DNA of 64,000 bases from Chitinolyticbacter meiyuanensis (GCF_008033135.1 NZ_CP041335.1:1367925-1431924), one strand, 5' to 3'. Numbered from the stretch's first letter, positions 52,576-62,466 are shown. Numbers and translations are program-made. The notes: generated by a model from the letters alone, not told the origin.

Positions 52576-53253
52576 GTGAGTATCCGCTACTTCATCACTG
52601 GCACCGACACTGAAGTCGGCAAGACTGTGGTCACCTGCCAGTTGCTGCGGGCCTTTGCCGCGCACAGCTTGCGGACAGTGGCGATGAAGCCGGTGGCCTC
52701 CGGTTGCGAGCTGGTTGCTGGCGATCTGGTCAATGCCGATGTGGTGGCGCATGCCGCTGCCGGCAACGTCGACGCGCCGCTGGCCTGGCGCAGCCCCTAT
52801 CGCTTCGCCCCGCCGATCTCGCCGCACTTGGCGGCGCGCGAGGCCGGTGTCACTGTCAGCCTCGATCACCTGGCCGATTGCGCGGATCGGCTCGGATGCC
52901 TGGCCGACGTAGTACTGGTCGAAGGGGCCGGGGGCTGGTATGCGCCACTGACCGAACATGAGACGATGGCGGACCTCGCGGTGCACCTTGCCGCACCGGT
53001 CATCCTGGTGGTGGGGATGCGGCTTGGCTGCATCAACCACGCTTTGCTGACAGCGGAGTCGATCGCCGCACGAGGTGTGCGGCTGGCCGGCTGGATCGCC
53101 AATGCGGTCGATCCCGGCATGGCGCGATATGCTGACAACGTGGCAGCGCTGCAACAGCGCATCACCGCACCGCTGCTGGCCGAGGTGGGCCACTCGTCAG
53201 ATGCAGAACGGGGCAGCCTTCCGTCGCCTGCCGTGGTAACCTTGCTGCCCTGA
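52576..53253 (+). CDS. bioD: ATP-dependent dethiobiotin synthetase (GTG start)
   Basis: '(V)SIRYFITGTDTEVGKT' canonical BioD N-terminus. Only GTG is available at this position; the track ORF extension upstream is non-homologous. Confidence 0.85.
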   Translation: MSIRYFITGTDTEVGKTVVTCQLLRAFAAHSLRTVAMKPVASGCELVAGDLVNADVVAHAAAGNVDAPLAWRSPYRFAPPISPHLAAREAGVTVSLDHLADCADRLGCLADVVLVEGAGGWYAPLTEHETMADLAVHLAAPVILVVGMRLGCINHALLTAESIAARGVRLAGWIANAVDPGMARYADNVAALQQRITAPLLAEVGHSSDAERGSLPSPAVVTLLP

Positions 53254-53329
53254 ATGCTTGCGTCAGCTAAGTGCCGGGCGCACACTTGCCGATAATAGAT
53301 ATCAGTCATCGCTTATAGAGCATGCAACC

Positions 53330-53908
53330 ATGATTGTCCGTTTGTTGCGCCTGCTGGTGTTGGTGGCCGCCATCGTGGCGCTGGCCGCCTGCTCGCGCCC
53401 GCCGTTCAAGGGCAGCGACCTGACCGGCGCCAATTTCGGCGGTGATTTCCAGCTGGTCGACCATACCGGCAAGGCCCGGCTGCTTTCCGACTACCGCGGC
53501 AAGGTGATTGCGCTGTTCTTCGGCTACACCCATTGCCCGGATGTCTGCCCCACCACCATGGCCGAGTTGTCGGCTGCGATGAAGCAGCTCGGCGACAAGG
53601 CTGGCGAGGTGCAGGTGCTGTTCGTTTCGGTCGATCCCAAGCGGGATACGCCGGCGCTGCTTTCGCAGTACGTGCCCGCCTTCAACAAGCGCTTCGTCGG
53701 CCTGACCGGTACCGAGGCGCAGGTCAGCGCAGTGGCCAAACAGTACAAGGTGGTTTACCAACGTCAGGATCAAGCTGACAGCTATACGGTCGACCATACT
53801 GCAGGCACCTATCTGCTCGATCGCAAGGGGCGGCTGCGCGTGCTGGAGAACTACGGCGCCGGCCCGGACGTGCTGGCCCATGATCTGGCGTTGCTGGTCG
53901 AGGAATGA
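53330..53908 (+). CDS. SCO1/SenC-family copper chaperone / thiol-disulfide protein
   Basis: 'FFGYTHCPDVCPTT' CxxxC motif. Single N-terminal TM/lipoprotein-like anchor. Confidence 0.85.
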   Translation: MIVRLLRLLVLVAAIVALAACSRPPFKGSDLTGANFGGDFQLVDHTGKARLLSDYRGKVIALFFGYTHCPDVCPTTMAELSAAMKQLGDKAGEVQVLFVSVDPKRDTPALLSQYVPAFNKRFVGLTGTEAQVSAVAKQYKVVYQRQDQADSYTVDHTAGTYLLDRKGRLRVLENYGAGPDVLAHDLALLVEE

Positions 53909-54669
53909 GACCGACCATGGAAGACGAACGCACTCTCGCACAGTTGCCGGACGATCCCGATCTCGAACGGTACCGCATGGTGAATCCGCTCGAGATCGGT
54001 GCCGTGTTGCGGCAGCTGCTGTCCCGCGGCGACTTTGTCACCGTGCATTTCGGTCGCGGCCAGATGATGATCACCCGCATCCTGCAGGTGGACGTCGCCT
54101 CGCGCAGCTTCTGTTTCGACTGGGCCGGGCAGGAAGAGTTGAATCGAGCGTTGCTCGCTTCCGAGCGCAATATCTGCGTGGCGGCGCCCGATGGCGTGCG
54201 CGTGCAGTTCGTGCTGCCCCGGCCGCGCGAGGCGAGGGTGGATGGCCGCCCGGCGTTTATCGTTGCCTTCCCGCCGGATCTCATCAAGCTGCAGCGCCGC
54301 GAGTTCTTTCGCATCGAAACGCCGCTGGCCCATCCCTTTGTCTGCCGCTTCGGCCTCGCCGAAGGCGCGCGGATGACATTGTCGCTGCATGATCTGTCGC
54401 TTGGCGGCATCGGGCTGTGGGCGACGCAGGATGATGCGCAACGGCTGGAGCGCGGCCTGCTGCTCCACGATGCGGTGATCGAGCTCGGTGCGGCAGGCAC
54501 CGTGCAGACCGACCTCGAAATCCGCTCGCTGCGCCCGATGACCTCGCGCACCGGCGAGGTTCGCATCCATGTCGGTTGCCGCTTCCTCAACCTGACCCGT
54601 GGTGCCGAGGCGAGCGTGCAACGGTTGATGGCGCAGCTGGAGCGCGAGCGCAAGGCGCTCACCGGCTAG
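53905..54669 (+). CDS. ycgR: flagellar brake / YcgR-like PilZ-domain c-di-GMP receptor
   Basis: YcgR N-domain, then PilZ motifs 'RREFFR' and 'DLSLGGIG'. The alternative start 53917 cannot be excluded. Confidence 0.75.
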   Translation: MRPTMEDERTLAQLPDDPDLERYRMVNPLEIGAVLRQLLSRGDFVTVHFGRGQMMITRILQVDVASRSFCFDWAGQEELNRALLASERNICVAAPDGVRVQFVLPRPREARVDGRPAFIVAFPPDLIKLQRREFFRIETPLAHPFVCRFGLAEGARMTLSLHDLSLGGIGLWATQDDAQRLERGLLLHDAVIELGAAGTVQTDLEIRSLRPMTSRTGEVRIHVGCRFLNLTRGAEASVQRLMAQLERERKALTG

Positions 54670-54680
54670 GATGCCCATGC

Positions 54681-54712
54681 AAAAAGCCGCTCCATCGAGC
54701 GGCTTTTTTTTT
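54681..54712. terminator. bidirectional rho-independent terminator between ycgR and the adh gene
   Basis: GCCGCTC-catc-GAGCGGC flanked by AAAAA and T9. Confidence 0.85.
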
Positions 54713-54720
54713 GCGGCTCG

Positions 54721-55746
54721 CTATTGCAGGTCCAGCACCACCCGGCCCAGCAACTCACCGCGTTCCATCTTGGCGAACACGTCGTTGATGTCGGCCAGCT
54801 TGGCGAGCGTGTAGTGCGCCTTCACCTTGCCGGCGGCGGCGAACGCCAGGGCTTCCTTCAGATCCTGGCGGGTGCCGACGATGGAGCCGCGGATGGTCTT
54901 GCGGGCGAGCACGATGTCGAAGATCGGTGTCTTGAAATCTCCCGGTGGCAAGCCGACCAGCGACATGGTGCCGCCACGGCGCAGTAGCGCGATGCCCTGG
55001 TCGAACGCGGCGGGCGATACGGCGGTGACCAGCACGCCATGCACGCCGCCGACATCGCGTTGCACTTCGGCCGCGACATCGCCCTGCGTGTAGTCGTAGG
55101 CAAGATCGGCGCCTAGCTCCTTGGCCAGTTGCAGCTTGTCGGCGCCACGATCGATCGCGATCACGTTGAAGCCCATGGCTTTGGCATACTGCACGGCCAC
55201 ATGGCCCAGGCCACCAACGCCGGAAATAGCCACCCACTGACCTGGTCGGGCATCAGTTTCGATCAAGCCCTTGTAGGTAGTGACACCGGCGCACAGGATG
55301 GGCGCCGCATCGAACGGATCGAGCCCCTTGGGGATGACGCCCACGTAATCGGCCGCCGCCAGGCTGTATTGCGAGAAGCCGCCGTTCACCGAATAGCCGG
55401 TGTTGTGCTGTTCGGCGCAGAGCGTTTCCCAGCCGGTGGTGCAGGGCGTGCAGTGCCCGCATGCGTCATGCAGCCATGGCACGCCGACAATGTCGCCGAC
55501 CTTGATGCGGCTGACGCCAGCGCCGAGCTTCACCACTTCGCCTACGCCCTCGTGGCCCGGGATGAATGGTGGCGCTGGTTTCACCGGCCAATCGCCGTGC
55601 GCCGCGTGCAGATCGGTGTGGCAGACGCCGCAGGCGATGTTGCGGATCAGAACCTGGCCGGGGCCAGGATCGGGGATGTTTACCTGGGTGACGTCGAGCG
55701 GTTGCTTGAATTCGCGCACCAGCGCGGCGAGGGAGGCAGTGGACAT
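54721..55746 (-). CDS. zinc-dependent alcohol dehydrogenase (AdhP-like)
   Basis: 'CGVCHTDLH', 'GHEGVG' and 'GVGGLGH' motifs. Start ATG 55746 with an AAGGAG RBS. Confidence 0.88.
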   Translation of the reverse strand: MSTASLAALVREFKQPLDVTQVNIPDPGPGQVLIRNIACGVCHTDLHAAHGDWPVKPAPPFIPGHEGVGEVVKLGAGVSRIKVGDIVGVPWLHDACGHCTPCTTGWETLCAEQHNTGYSVNGGFSQYSLAAADYVGVIPKGLDPFDAAPILCAGVTTYKGLIETDARPGQWVAISGVGGLGHVAVQYAKAMGFNVIAIDRGADKLQLAKELGADLAYDYTQGDVAAEVQRDVGGVHGVLVTAVSPAAFDQGIALLRRGGTMSLVGLPPGDFKTPIFDIVLARKTIRGSIVGTRQDLKEALAFAAAGKVKAHYTLAKLADINDVFAKMERGELLGRVVLDLQ

Positions 55747-55847
55747 GACAGGCTCCTTGGAATCCGCCGTGGCTTGTCGGCACACGACGGCTGGACTGGT
55801 CGAAGCGCCGGGATCACCGGCTTGCCCGATCAGTCTAGTCGCTGGAC

Positions 55848-56774
55848 CTATCTTTTCCTTTGATTTGCCGCAAGCTCGGCGTGTGCGGCAAAAAAGTCGT
55901 CGACCGTGGCGTAGCGCAGCCGCATGCCTAGCTCGACCTTGAGCCGATGGTTGATCATCCGCCGCGATTCGTTCAGATACGACAACATGGCCGGACTGAG
56001 CCGCGTTTGCGCCTCGCTGCGGCTGACGCGCGGTGGCCGCGCCAGCCCGGCTGCATCGGCCACCCGGTCGAACCAGTCGGCCATTGGCTGCGGTGCGTCG
56101 TCGCTGGCGTGGTAGCACCGCAACGGGCGGGCGCGGAACAGCGCCAGGCTGACAATGCGGGCGAGGTCATCGGCGTGGATGTGGTTGCTGTAGCTGTCCT
56201 CGGCGGCATGCAGCACCACGTCGCCGCGCGCCACGCGATCCACCGGCAGCCGGTTGGTGGCATAAATGCCCGGTGCGCGTAATAGGCCGAGCTCCACATG
56301 CCGACGGCGGGCCCATCGTCGCAGTTGCTGTTCCGCGTCCAGCCGGCGCCAAGCCCTGTCGTTGTTGGGGCGGGCCGGCCGGGTTTCAGGTAGCCACGCA
56401 CCGGCGCAGTCGCCATAGATGCCGCTGGTGCCGATGTAGACGGCGCGGCGGGGTGCTAGAATCGGGCCATTGCCGCGCGGGCGCGCTAGTGCTGCCAGCA
56501 GCCGGCGGGTTCGGCGGTCGGTTCGGCCGGTCGCTGCAGGCGGCGCGCTGTGGATCAGCGCATTGGCGATGCCGGCCAGTCGAGCCAGGCTGGCGCGCCG
56601 GTCGAGATCGGCCGGAACTGGTACCACGCCGAGCGCGCGCAGGCGCGCTGCTGCTTCGGCGGTACGCGCGGTGGCGTAGAGCCGGAAGCGCCGTTCCAGC
56701 CAGGGCAGCGCGCGTTCGAGCACATCGCCACAGCCGATCAGCAACAGGCGTCGCGCAGCCCTTCGTTTTTGCAT
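55848..56774 (-). CDS. NAD-dependent epimerase/dehydratase-family (SDR) protein
   Basis: 'LLLIGCGDVLERAL' Rossmann start and atypical SDR features. Arg-rich. Confidence 0.6.
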   Translation of the reverse strand: MQKRRAARRLLLIGCGDVLERALPWLERRFRLYATARTAEAAARLRALGVVPVPADLDRRASLARLAGIANALIHSAPPAATGRTDRRTRRLLAALARPRGNGPILAPRRAVYIGTSGIYGDCAGAWLPETRPARPNNDRAWRRLDAEQQLRRWARRRHVELGLLRAPGIYATNRLPVDRVARGDVVLHAAEDSYSNHIHADDLARIVSLALFRARPLRCYHASDDAPQPMADWFDRVADAAGLARPPRVSRSEAQTRLSPAMLSYLNESRRMINHRLKVELGMRLRYATVDDFFAAHAELAANQRKR

Positions 56775-56794
56775 TGCAATCCTAAGATTCCAGA

Positions 56795-57823
56795 ATGACC
56801 AAGCAACTTACCATCCAGCCCTCGGGCCAGCAAATCACCGCGGACGACGACGAAACCATCCTCGCCGCGGCCCTGCGCGCCGGTTTCAACATGCCCTACG
56901 GCTGCAAGAACGGCGCCTGTGGTGCTTGCAAGGGGCAGGTGCTGTCGGGCGAAGTCATGCATGGCGACCACGCGGAATCCGCGTTGTCGCACACCGAGAT
57001 GAGCCGGGGCGTGGCGCTGTTTTGCTGTGCCAAGCCGGTGGGCGACGTGGTGATCGAATGCAAGGAAATCTCGGCGACCAAGGATATCCAGATCAAGACG
57101 CTGCCGTGCCGGGTGGAGGCCATCGATAAGGTCTCGCACGATGTGGCGGTGCTCAAGCTCAAGTTGCCCACCACCGAGCGGCTGCAGTTCCTCGCCGGCC
57201 AGTACATCGATATCCATGCCAAGGGCGGCAAGAAGCGCAGCTTCTCGATCGCTAACGCGCCGCACGAGGACGATCACATCCAGCTACACATCCGCCATGT
57301 GCCGGGCGGCGAGTTCTCCGAATACGTATGGAGCACCATGCAGTTGAAGGAGATCTTCCGCTTCACCGGGCCGCTGGGGTCGTTCTTCCTGCGCGAGGAC
57401 AGCGACAAGCCCATCCTGTTCATTGCCACCGGCACCGGCTTTGCGCCGATCAAGGGCATGCTGCAGTACGCCTTCCAGAAGGGCATCGAGCGCGAGATGG
57501 TGCTGTACTGGGGGGCTCGCACGCTGGCCGATCTCTATATGCCGGAGCTGCCCAGCGAATGGCAGCAGCAGCATCCCAACTTCACCTTCATCCCGGTGCT
57601 GTCCGAACCCAAGCCCGAGGACAACTGGCCGGGCCGGATCGGCTTCGTGCACGAAGCGGCGCTGGAGGATTTCGGCAGCCTCGCCGGTTACCAGGTCTAT
57701 GCCTGTGGCGCGCCGGTGATGGTGGAGGCCGCGTACAAGCACTTCGTAGCGCGCAAGCTGCCCGAGGACGAGTTCTTCTCGGACGCCTTCTTCACCACCA
57801 AAGACCTCGCGACCAAGTTGTGA
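56795..57823 (+). CDS. 2Fe-2S ferredoxin / FAD / NAD(P)-binding oxidoreductase (CDP-6-deoxy-delta-3,4-glucoseen reductase-like)
   Basis: 'CKNGACGACKGQVLSG...LFCCA' plant-type ferredoxin cysteines, then 'RSFSIAN' FAD and 'ATGTGFAP' NAD motifs. Confidence 0.8.
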   Translation: MTKQLTIQPSGQQITADDDETILAAALRAGFNMPYGCKNGACGACKGQVLSGEVMHGDHAESALSHTEMSRGVALFCCAKPVGDVVIECKEISATKDIQIKTLPCRVEAIDKVSHDVAVLKLKLPTTERLQFLAGQYIDIHAKGGKKRSFSIANAPHEDDHIQLHIRHVPGGEFSEYVWSTMQLKEIFRFTGPLGSFFLREDSDKPILFIATGTGFAPIKGMLQYAFQKGIEREMVLYWGARTLADLYMPELPSEWQQQHPNFTFIPVLSEPKPEDNWPGRIGFVHEAALEDFGSLAGYQVYACGAPVMVEAAYKHFVARKLPEDEFFSDAFFTTKDLATKL

Positions 57824-57829
57824 GCGGCG

Positions 57830-58519
57830 ATGGCGATGCACATCCTGATCGTCGAAGACGACGCCGACATCGCCGCCAACCTGCATGACTATCTCTCCGC
57901 GCGCGGCCATCAGGTCGACGCCGCGCCCGGTGGACTGGTCGCGCTGCATCTGGCGGCCAGCACGCCGTTCGACGCCATCGTGCTCGATCTCGGCCTGCCG
58001 GGCGTCGATGGCCTGACGGTGGCGCAACGGCTGCGGCAGGATGCGCGCCTCGCCACGCCCATCCTGATGCTGACTGCGCGTGACACGCTCGACGACAAGC
58101 TCGACGGTTTCGCGGCCGGTGCCGACGACTACCTCGTCAAGCCATTCGCGCTCAAGGAAGTGGAAGTGCGGCTGGCCGCGCTGGTGAAACGGGCACAGGG
58201 CCGGGTGGTCGATGGCAGCTTGCATCTGGGAGCGCTCGACTACGATCCGGTCAGCGGCGTCGCCTGCTGGCACGGCGATGAACTCGCGTTGCCTCCCAAG
58301 GCGCTGCAACTGCTGGTGATCTTGCTGGGGCGTCCCGGCCAATTGTTCAGCCGCAGCACGCTGGAACTGGCGATCTGGGGAGAGGAGCAGGAGACCAGCG
58401 ATGCATTGCGCACCCAGCTGTCGGTATTGCGCCGGGCGCTGACGGCGCCAGCATGGGCCTGCCCGCTGATCACCGTGCATGGCCGCGGCTACAAGCTGGT
58501 CGACCCTGATGCGGCCTGA
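57830..58519 (+). CDS. OmpR-family response regulator (PmrA/BasR-like)
   Basis: REC 'ILIVEDDADIAANL...DAIVLDLGLPGVDG' and a winged-helix C-terminus. Confidence 0.85.
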   Translation: MAMHILIVEDDADIAANLHDYLSARGHQVDAAPGGLVALHLAASTPFDAIVLDLGLPGVDGLTVAQRLRQDARLATPILMLTARDTLDDKLDGFAAGADDYLVKPFALKEVEVRLAALVKRAQGRVVDGSLHLGALDYDPVSGVACWHGDELALPPKALQLLVILLGRPGQLFSRSTLELAIWGEEQETSDALRTQLSVLRRALTAPAWACPLITVHGRGYKLVDPDAA

Positions 58520-59780
58520 ACGCCAGACTCGCCGACGCAGCCTGCGCTGGCGACTCGCCCTTGCCTTTGCGCTGCTGACCACGCTGGCGCTGGTGGCGCA
58601 GGCCGTGGCGCTGTTCGTTGCCAGCGAGGAGCAGGAAGAGGATCTGATCGACGAGGTGGTGAACACGGCGCTCGATGGCGTGATCGCCGCCCGGGCGCGG
58701 GGCGAGCAGCCGACGCTGGCGGCCCACCTCACCACCTTCGACGCGCCTGCAGGAGCCTGGCCGCCCGGCCTGCCCGAGCCGCTGCGCGCCTTCCCGGTCG
58801 GCAACCACGAGTGGTACGCCGGCGAGACGGAGTTCCATGTCGGGGTGCGTGATACGGCAGGGCGACGTTTCTACGTGCTGTACGACACGGCGGCGCACGA
58901 AGCCCGGCTGGACATGCTGCTGGTGGCACTGGCAGCCGGCGTGGTGGTGCTGGCGCTGCTTGCGTTGTGGCTGGGCATCTGGCTGTCTGGCGCGCTGCTG
59001 CGGCAACTCGGTGAGTTGGCGCAGCGGGTAACGGCCGATGCGGCAGAGCCATTGGCCCGACCGGATCAGGATCTGGAAGTGGCAAGCCTGGCAATGGCAC
59101 TCGACGAGTATCGGCAGCGCAATGCCGAGTTGATCGCGCGTGAGCGCGAATTCACCGCCAATGTCAGTCATGAACTGCGCACGCCGCTGACCCGGATCCG
59201 GACCGGCGCGGAGCTGCTGGCGGAGCAGGGCGATGCGCGGGCACAGCGGGTGATGTCGGCGGTCGATGAGCTGGAGCGGCGCTTGCGCGGGCTGCTGTTC
59301 CTCGCGCGGGCCGAGGCCGAACCGCGCCCCGAACCGGTGTGGTTGCACACGTTCGTGGCCGAGGTGCTGGCGAACCACGCAAAGCCTGCGGAGGCCAAGG
59401 GCCTGGCATTGCACAATCGGGTTGCCACTGATGTCGTGCTCGAGGCTGATCCGGCACTGCTCGGGTTGGCGCTCGACAACCTGGTCGGCAACGCGGTGCG
59501 CTATACCATGGTGGGTTCGGTCAGCCTCGATTTCGCTGCCGGCTGGTTGAGCGTCACCGATACCGGGATTGGCATTGCCAGCGAACGCCAGCAAGCGGTA
59601 TTCGAGCGCCATGTGCGCCTGACCGATGCGGGCGACGGCATGGGCTTGGGGCTGGCCATCGTGCGGCAAGCGGCTGATCGCTGCGGCTGGGCATGCCGGC
59701 TCGACAGCGCGCCGGGGCAGGGCAGCGTTTTTGCGTTGCGGCTGGCGAGCCTCACGGAATCCTCATACAACCCCGTGTAA
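58509..59780 (+). CDS. sensor histidine kinase (PmrB/BasS-like)
   Basis: Two TM, HAMP, HisKA 'NVSHELRTPL' and HATPase 'GMGLGLAIV'. Overlaps the response-regulator stop by 11 bp. Confidence 0.85.
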   Translation: MRPERQTRRRSLRWRLALAFALLTTLALVAQAVALFVASEEQEEDLIDEVVNTALDGVIAARARGEQPTLAAHLTTFDAPAGAWPPGLPEPLRAFPVGNHEWYAGETEFHVGVRDTAGRRFYVLYDTAAHEARLDMLLVALAAGVVVLALLALWLGIWLSGALLRQLGELAQRVTADAAEPLARPDQDLEVASLAMALDEYRQRNAELIAREREFTANVSHELRTPLTRIRTGAELLAEQGDARAQRVMSAVDELERRLRGLLFLARAEAEPRPEPVWLHTFVAEVLANHAKPAEAKGLALHNRVATDVVLEADPALLGLALDNLVGNAVRYTMVGSVSLDFAAGWLSVTDTGIGIASERQQAVFERHVRLTDAGDGMGLGLAIVRQAADRCGWACRLDSAPGQGSVFALRLASLTESSYNPV

Positions 59781-59799
59781 AGTACGCGGCCCACCTCAC

Positions 59800-60310
59800 T
59801 ATCGTGGCGGCTGTCTTAATCTGGGCGTGCTGCCGGCCTGGCTGGTGTGGCGTGTACCGCTGGCATGGTGCCCGCTGCCCACTGCGCCGGGAGCCTGTCT
59901 TCAAACTGGCGTTGATCTGTGGCTCGCTGTTGCTGATCCTGCTGACCGCGCTGCTCTACTACCAGATCTTTGCCTCGGTGGTACGCAACCATCGCGAGTT
60001 GCGCTGGCTGCTGACGCCGACCAACTATCTCCAGGCGGCCGACAGTTATGTACGCCAGCGTCTGAGGCGACCGCGCCAGCTCGTGCCGATCACGCCCGAT
60101 GCCTGCCGCGCTGCAGTATGAACTACGCATGCGCGCAAATCGCTGACGGTGATCGTGGTGGGCGAGACCGCACGGGCAGATCACTTCGACCTCAATGGCT
60201 ACCCACTCGACACCACGCCGCAGCTGGCGGGCACTGCCGGTCTGATCAATTACGACATCTTCTGGTCCTGCGGTACTGAAATCGCAGTCTCGGTGCGAGC
60301 ATGTTCTTGG
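59800..60310 (+). pseudogene. eptA: remnant of a phosphoethanolamine transferase gene (eptA/pmrC-like)
   Basis: Frame-2 translation 'LLYYQIFASVVRNHRELRWLLTPTNYL...' resembles EptA residues ~150-210. After an in-frame TGA at 60119, 'IVVGETARADHFDLNGY...SCGTEIAVSV' resembles the start of the sulfatase domain. N-terminal TM region and C-terminal ~250 aa are absent. Confidence 0.65.
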
Positions 60311-60603
60311 GGCTGGGGCGGGAGCCTCGGGCGGCTTTGCCTTGCTGGCATTCTATTTCGCGCTGCGCGAGCGCAAACCCCGCTGTGCCTATGCTGCCGG
60401 TGCCGCTGCACTGATGCTGGGTGGGGTCATGGTGGGGGCAGGCCATGCGTGGCGCGCACGTCCTGTCGCATGCGCTGTGGTCTGCCCGGTGGGTCTGGAT
60501 GGTGTTGCTAGGCCTCTACATCGCGTATCCACCACTTGATTATCCATAAATAATGGATTACTAATATTAAAGTGTAGCGCATGCTGCACTCCTTTCGAAT
60601 TCA

Positions 60604-60630
60604 CCCCGCGAGCAGTCGCGGGGTTTTTTT
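60604..60630 (+). terminator. rho-independent terminator
   Basis: CCCCGCGA-gcag-TCGCGGGG followed by T7. Confidence 0.85.
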
Positions 60631-60827
60631 ATGCGCTGCGTCCGTTGACACGGTATGACCCCCTCTCTAAATTGGCATCTCGGTCGCCGTGTGCGGCGAC
60701 CAGAAGAACAAGGCATGCCGTGCCTTGGCCGACCATGTGCGGGCAAAGCGACGGCAAGTGGTATGGGAACAGCTGGCAAGTGGTCTGCCCGGAAAGCGGA
60801 TGGACCCACGAATCGAGGGAGTGCGGC

Positions 60828-61709
60828 ATGAGCAATATCGAATATCTGATCGGCGTGGACGGCGGCGGTACCGGGACCCGGATCTGCATTGCCGATCTAT
60901 CCGGTAAGGAGCTGGTACGCGCCGATGGCGGCGCCTCTGCGCTGGGGCAAGGTATCGACAAGGCGTGGACCAACATCACGCTGGCGATCCGCGCAGGTTT
61001 CGAGAAGCTGGGCGTCGAGCGCCCCGATTTCAGCCGCTGCGCCGCAGGCTTTGGTTTGTCCGGCGTCACCGTGAAGGCTTGGGCGCAGGAGTTCGAGAAC
61101 AAGAATCCGGGCTTTGCTCGCATCGTGGTCGAGACGGATGGTTTTTCCACGCTGCTGGGCGCACACAACGGCGCGCACGGCGGCATCATCGCCATTGGTA
61201 CGGGTTCGATCGGCGAAGCATGGCTGCCGGACGGCAAGCGACTGGAAGTCGGCGGCTGGGGTTTCCCGACCTCGGACGAAGGCTCGGGCGCCTATCTGGG
61301 CCTCAAGGCCATCAACCTGGTGCAGCGTGTGGTTGATGGCCGTGCGCCGCATACCCCGTTCACCCGCAAGCTGACGAGCGTGACCGGTGACAGCCGCGAA
61401 ACCGTGTTCGAGTGGATGGCCGGCATGAAGCAGGGCGAGTGTGCTTCGCTGTCGCCCATCGTCGTCGAGTTCGGCCAGTCGGACGAAACCGCGCGCCATT
61501 TCCTGCACGAAGCCGGGCGCGAGATCGAGATCATCGGCCAAGCACTGCGTGCCGATGCGCCGTCGCTGCCAATCGCCTTGTGTGGCGGCGGGCTGTCGCA
61601 AGCGATCCGGCCTTATATCCCGGCCGCATTCCTTGCATCCACCACGTTGCCGGTCAAGGATTCCTGCGCCGGTGCGCTGATACTGATCCATCGCGCTGTC
61701 TCGGCTTGA
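60828..61709 (+). CDS. BadF/BadG/BcrA/BcrD-type ATPase, N-acetylglucosamine kinase-like
   Basis: 'YLIGVDGGGTGTRICIAD' and 'GTGSIG' ASKHA motifs. Start 'MSNIEY' with a GAGGGA RBS. Confidence 0.75.
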   Translation: MSNIEYLIGVDGGGTGTRICIADLSGKELVRADGGASALGQGIDKAWTNITLAIRAGFEKLGVERPDFSRCAAGFGLSGVTVKAWAQEFENKNPGFARIVVETDGFSTLLGAHNGAHGGIIAIGTGSIGEAWLPDGKRLEVGGWGFPTSDEGSGAYLGLKAINLVQRVVDGRAPHTPFTRKLTSVTGDSRETVFEWMAGMKQGECASLSPIVVEFGQSDETARHFLHEAGREIEIIGQALRADAPSLPIALCGGGLSQAIRPYIPAAFLASTTLPVKDSCAGALILIHRAVSA

Positions 61710-61725
61710 TCGAGAGGAAGCCGCC

Positions 61726-62466
61726 ATGCTGGCCCAGCAGAAACTGCTCGTCCTGAAACCCGACCCGGATAGTGCAACGCCGCTGTACCTGCAACTGGGC
61801 CACAAGCTGGCGGCGGCGATCAATGCCGGATTCTGGAAGGCGGATGAGCCACTGCCTTCCGAACGGACCTTCTGCGAGTTGCTCGGTGTTTCGCGGGTGA
61901 CTGCACGCAAGGCACTCGACCTGCTGTTCGAGCAGGGCATGATCCTGCGTCGCCAGGGCTCGGGGACCTATATCACGCCCAAGCTGGAGCAACCGCTGGA
62001 GCGGCTGACCAACCTGTCCGAGATGCTGAAGCTGCGGGGGTTCACGCCAGGCTCGCGCTGGCTCAAGCGTGAAGTGGCGACGGCATCGAGCGAGGAATTG
62101 CTCAAGCTCAACCTCGCGCCCAACAGCCGTGTCAGCCGCTTGCAACGTGTGCGTCTGGCCAACGACACCGTGATGGCAGTCGAAGAAACCGCGCTACCCT
62201 ATCACTTGGTGCCGGACCCACTGGTGATCGGCGATTCGCTCTATGAATACATGCGCAACGCCAAGCTCACTGTTGTACGCGCGATACAAAATATCGGTGC
62301 AGTCAACGCCAGTCCGGAGCTTGCCGCGCTCGCCGGAATCCCTGTGGGCGAGGCGATGTTGCACCTTGTTCGGGTCGGATATCTGGAAAACGGCCTGGCG
62401 GTTGAACTCACACATTCATGGTTTCGCAGCGATTACTACGATTTCACGGTTGAGTTGCATCGATAA
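61726..62466 (+). CDS. GntR-family (HutC/UTRA subfamily) transcriptional regulator
   Basis: 'LPSERTFCELLGVSRVTARKALDLL' wHTH and a C-terminal UTRA domain. Confidence 0.85.
   Translation: MLAQQKLLVLKPDPDSATPLYLQLGHKLAAAINAGFWKADEPLPSERTFCELLGVSRVTARKALDLLFEQGMILRRQGSGTYITPKLEQPLERLTNLSEMLKLRGFTPGSRWLKREVATASSEELLKLNLAPNSRVSRLQRVRLANDTVMAVEETALPYHLVPDPLVIGDSLYEYMRNAKLTVVRAIQNIGAVNASPELAALAGIPVGEAMLHLVRVGYLENGLAVELTHSWFRSDYYDFTVELHR

Noticed and set aside
57284-58804. 506-aa minus-strand ORF
   Set aside because: Antisense to the ferredoxin reductase and response regulator genes.
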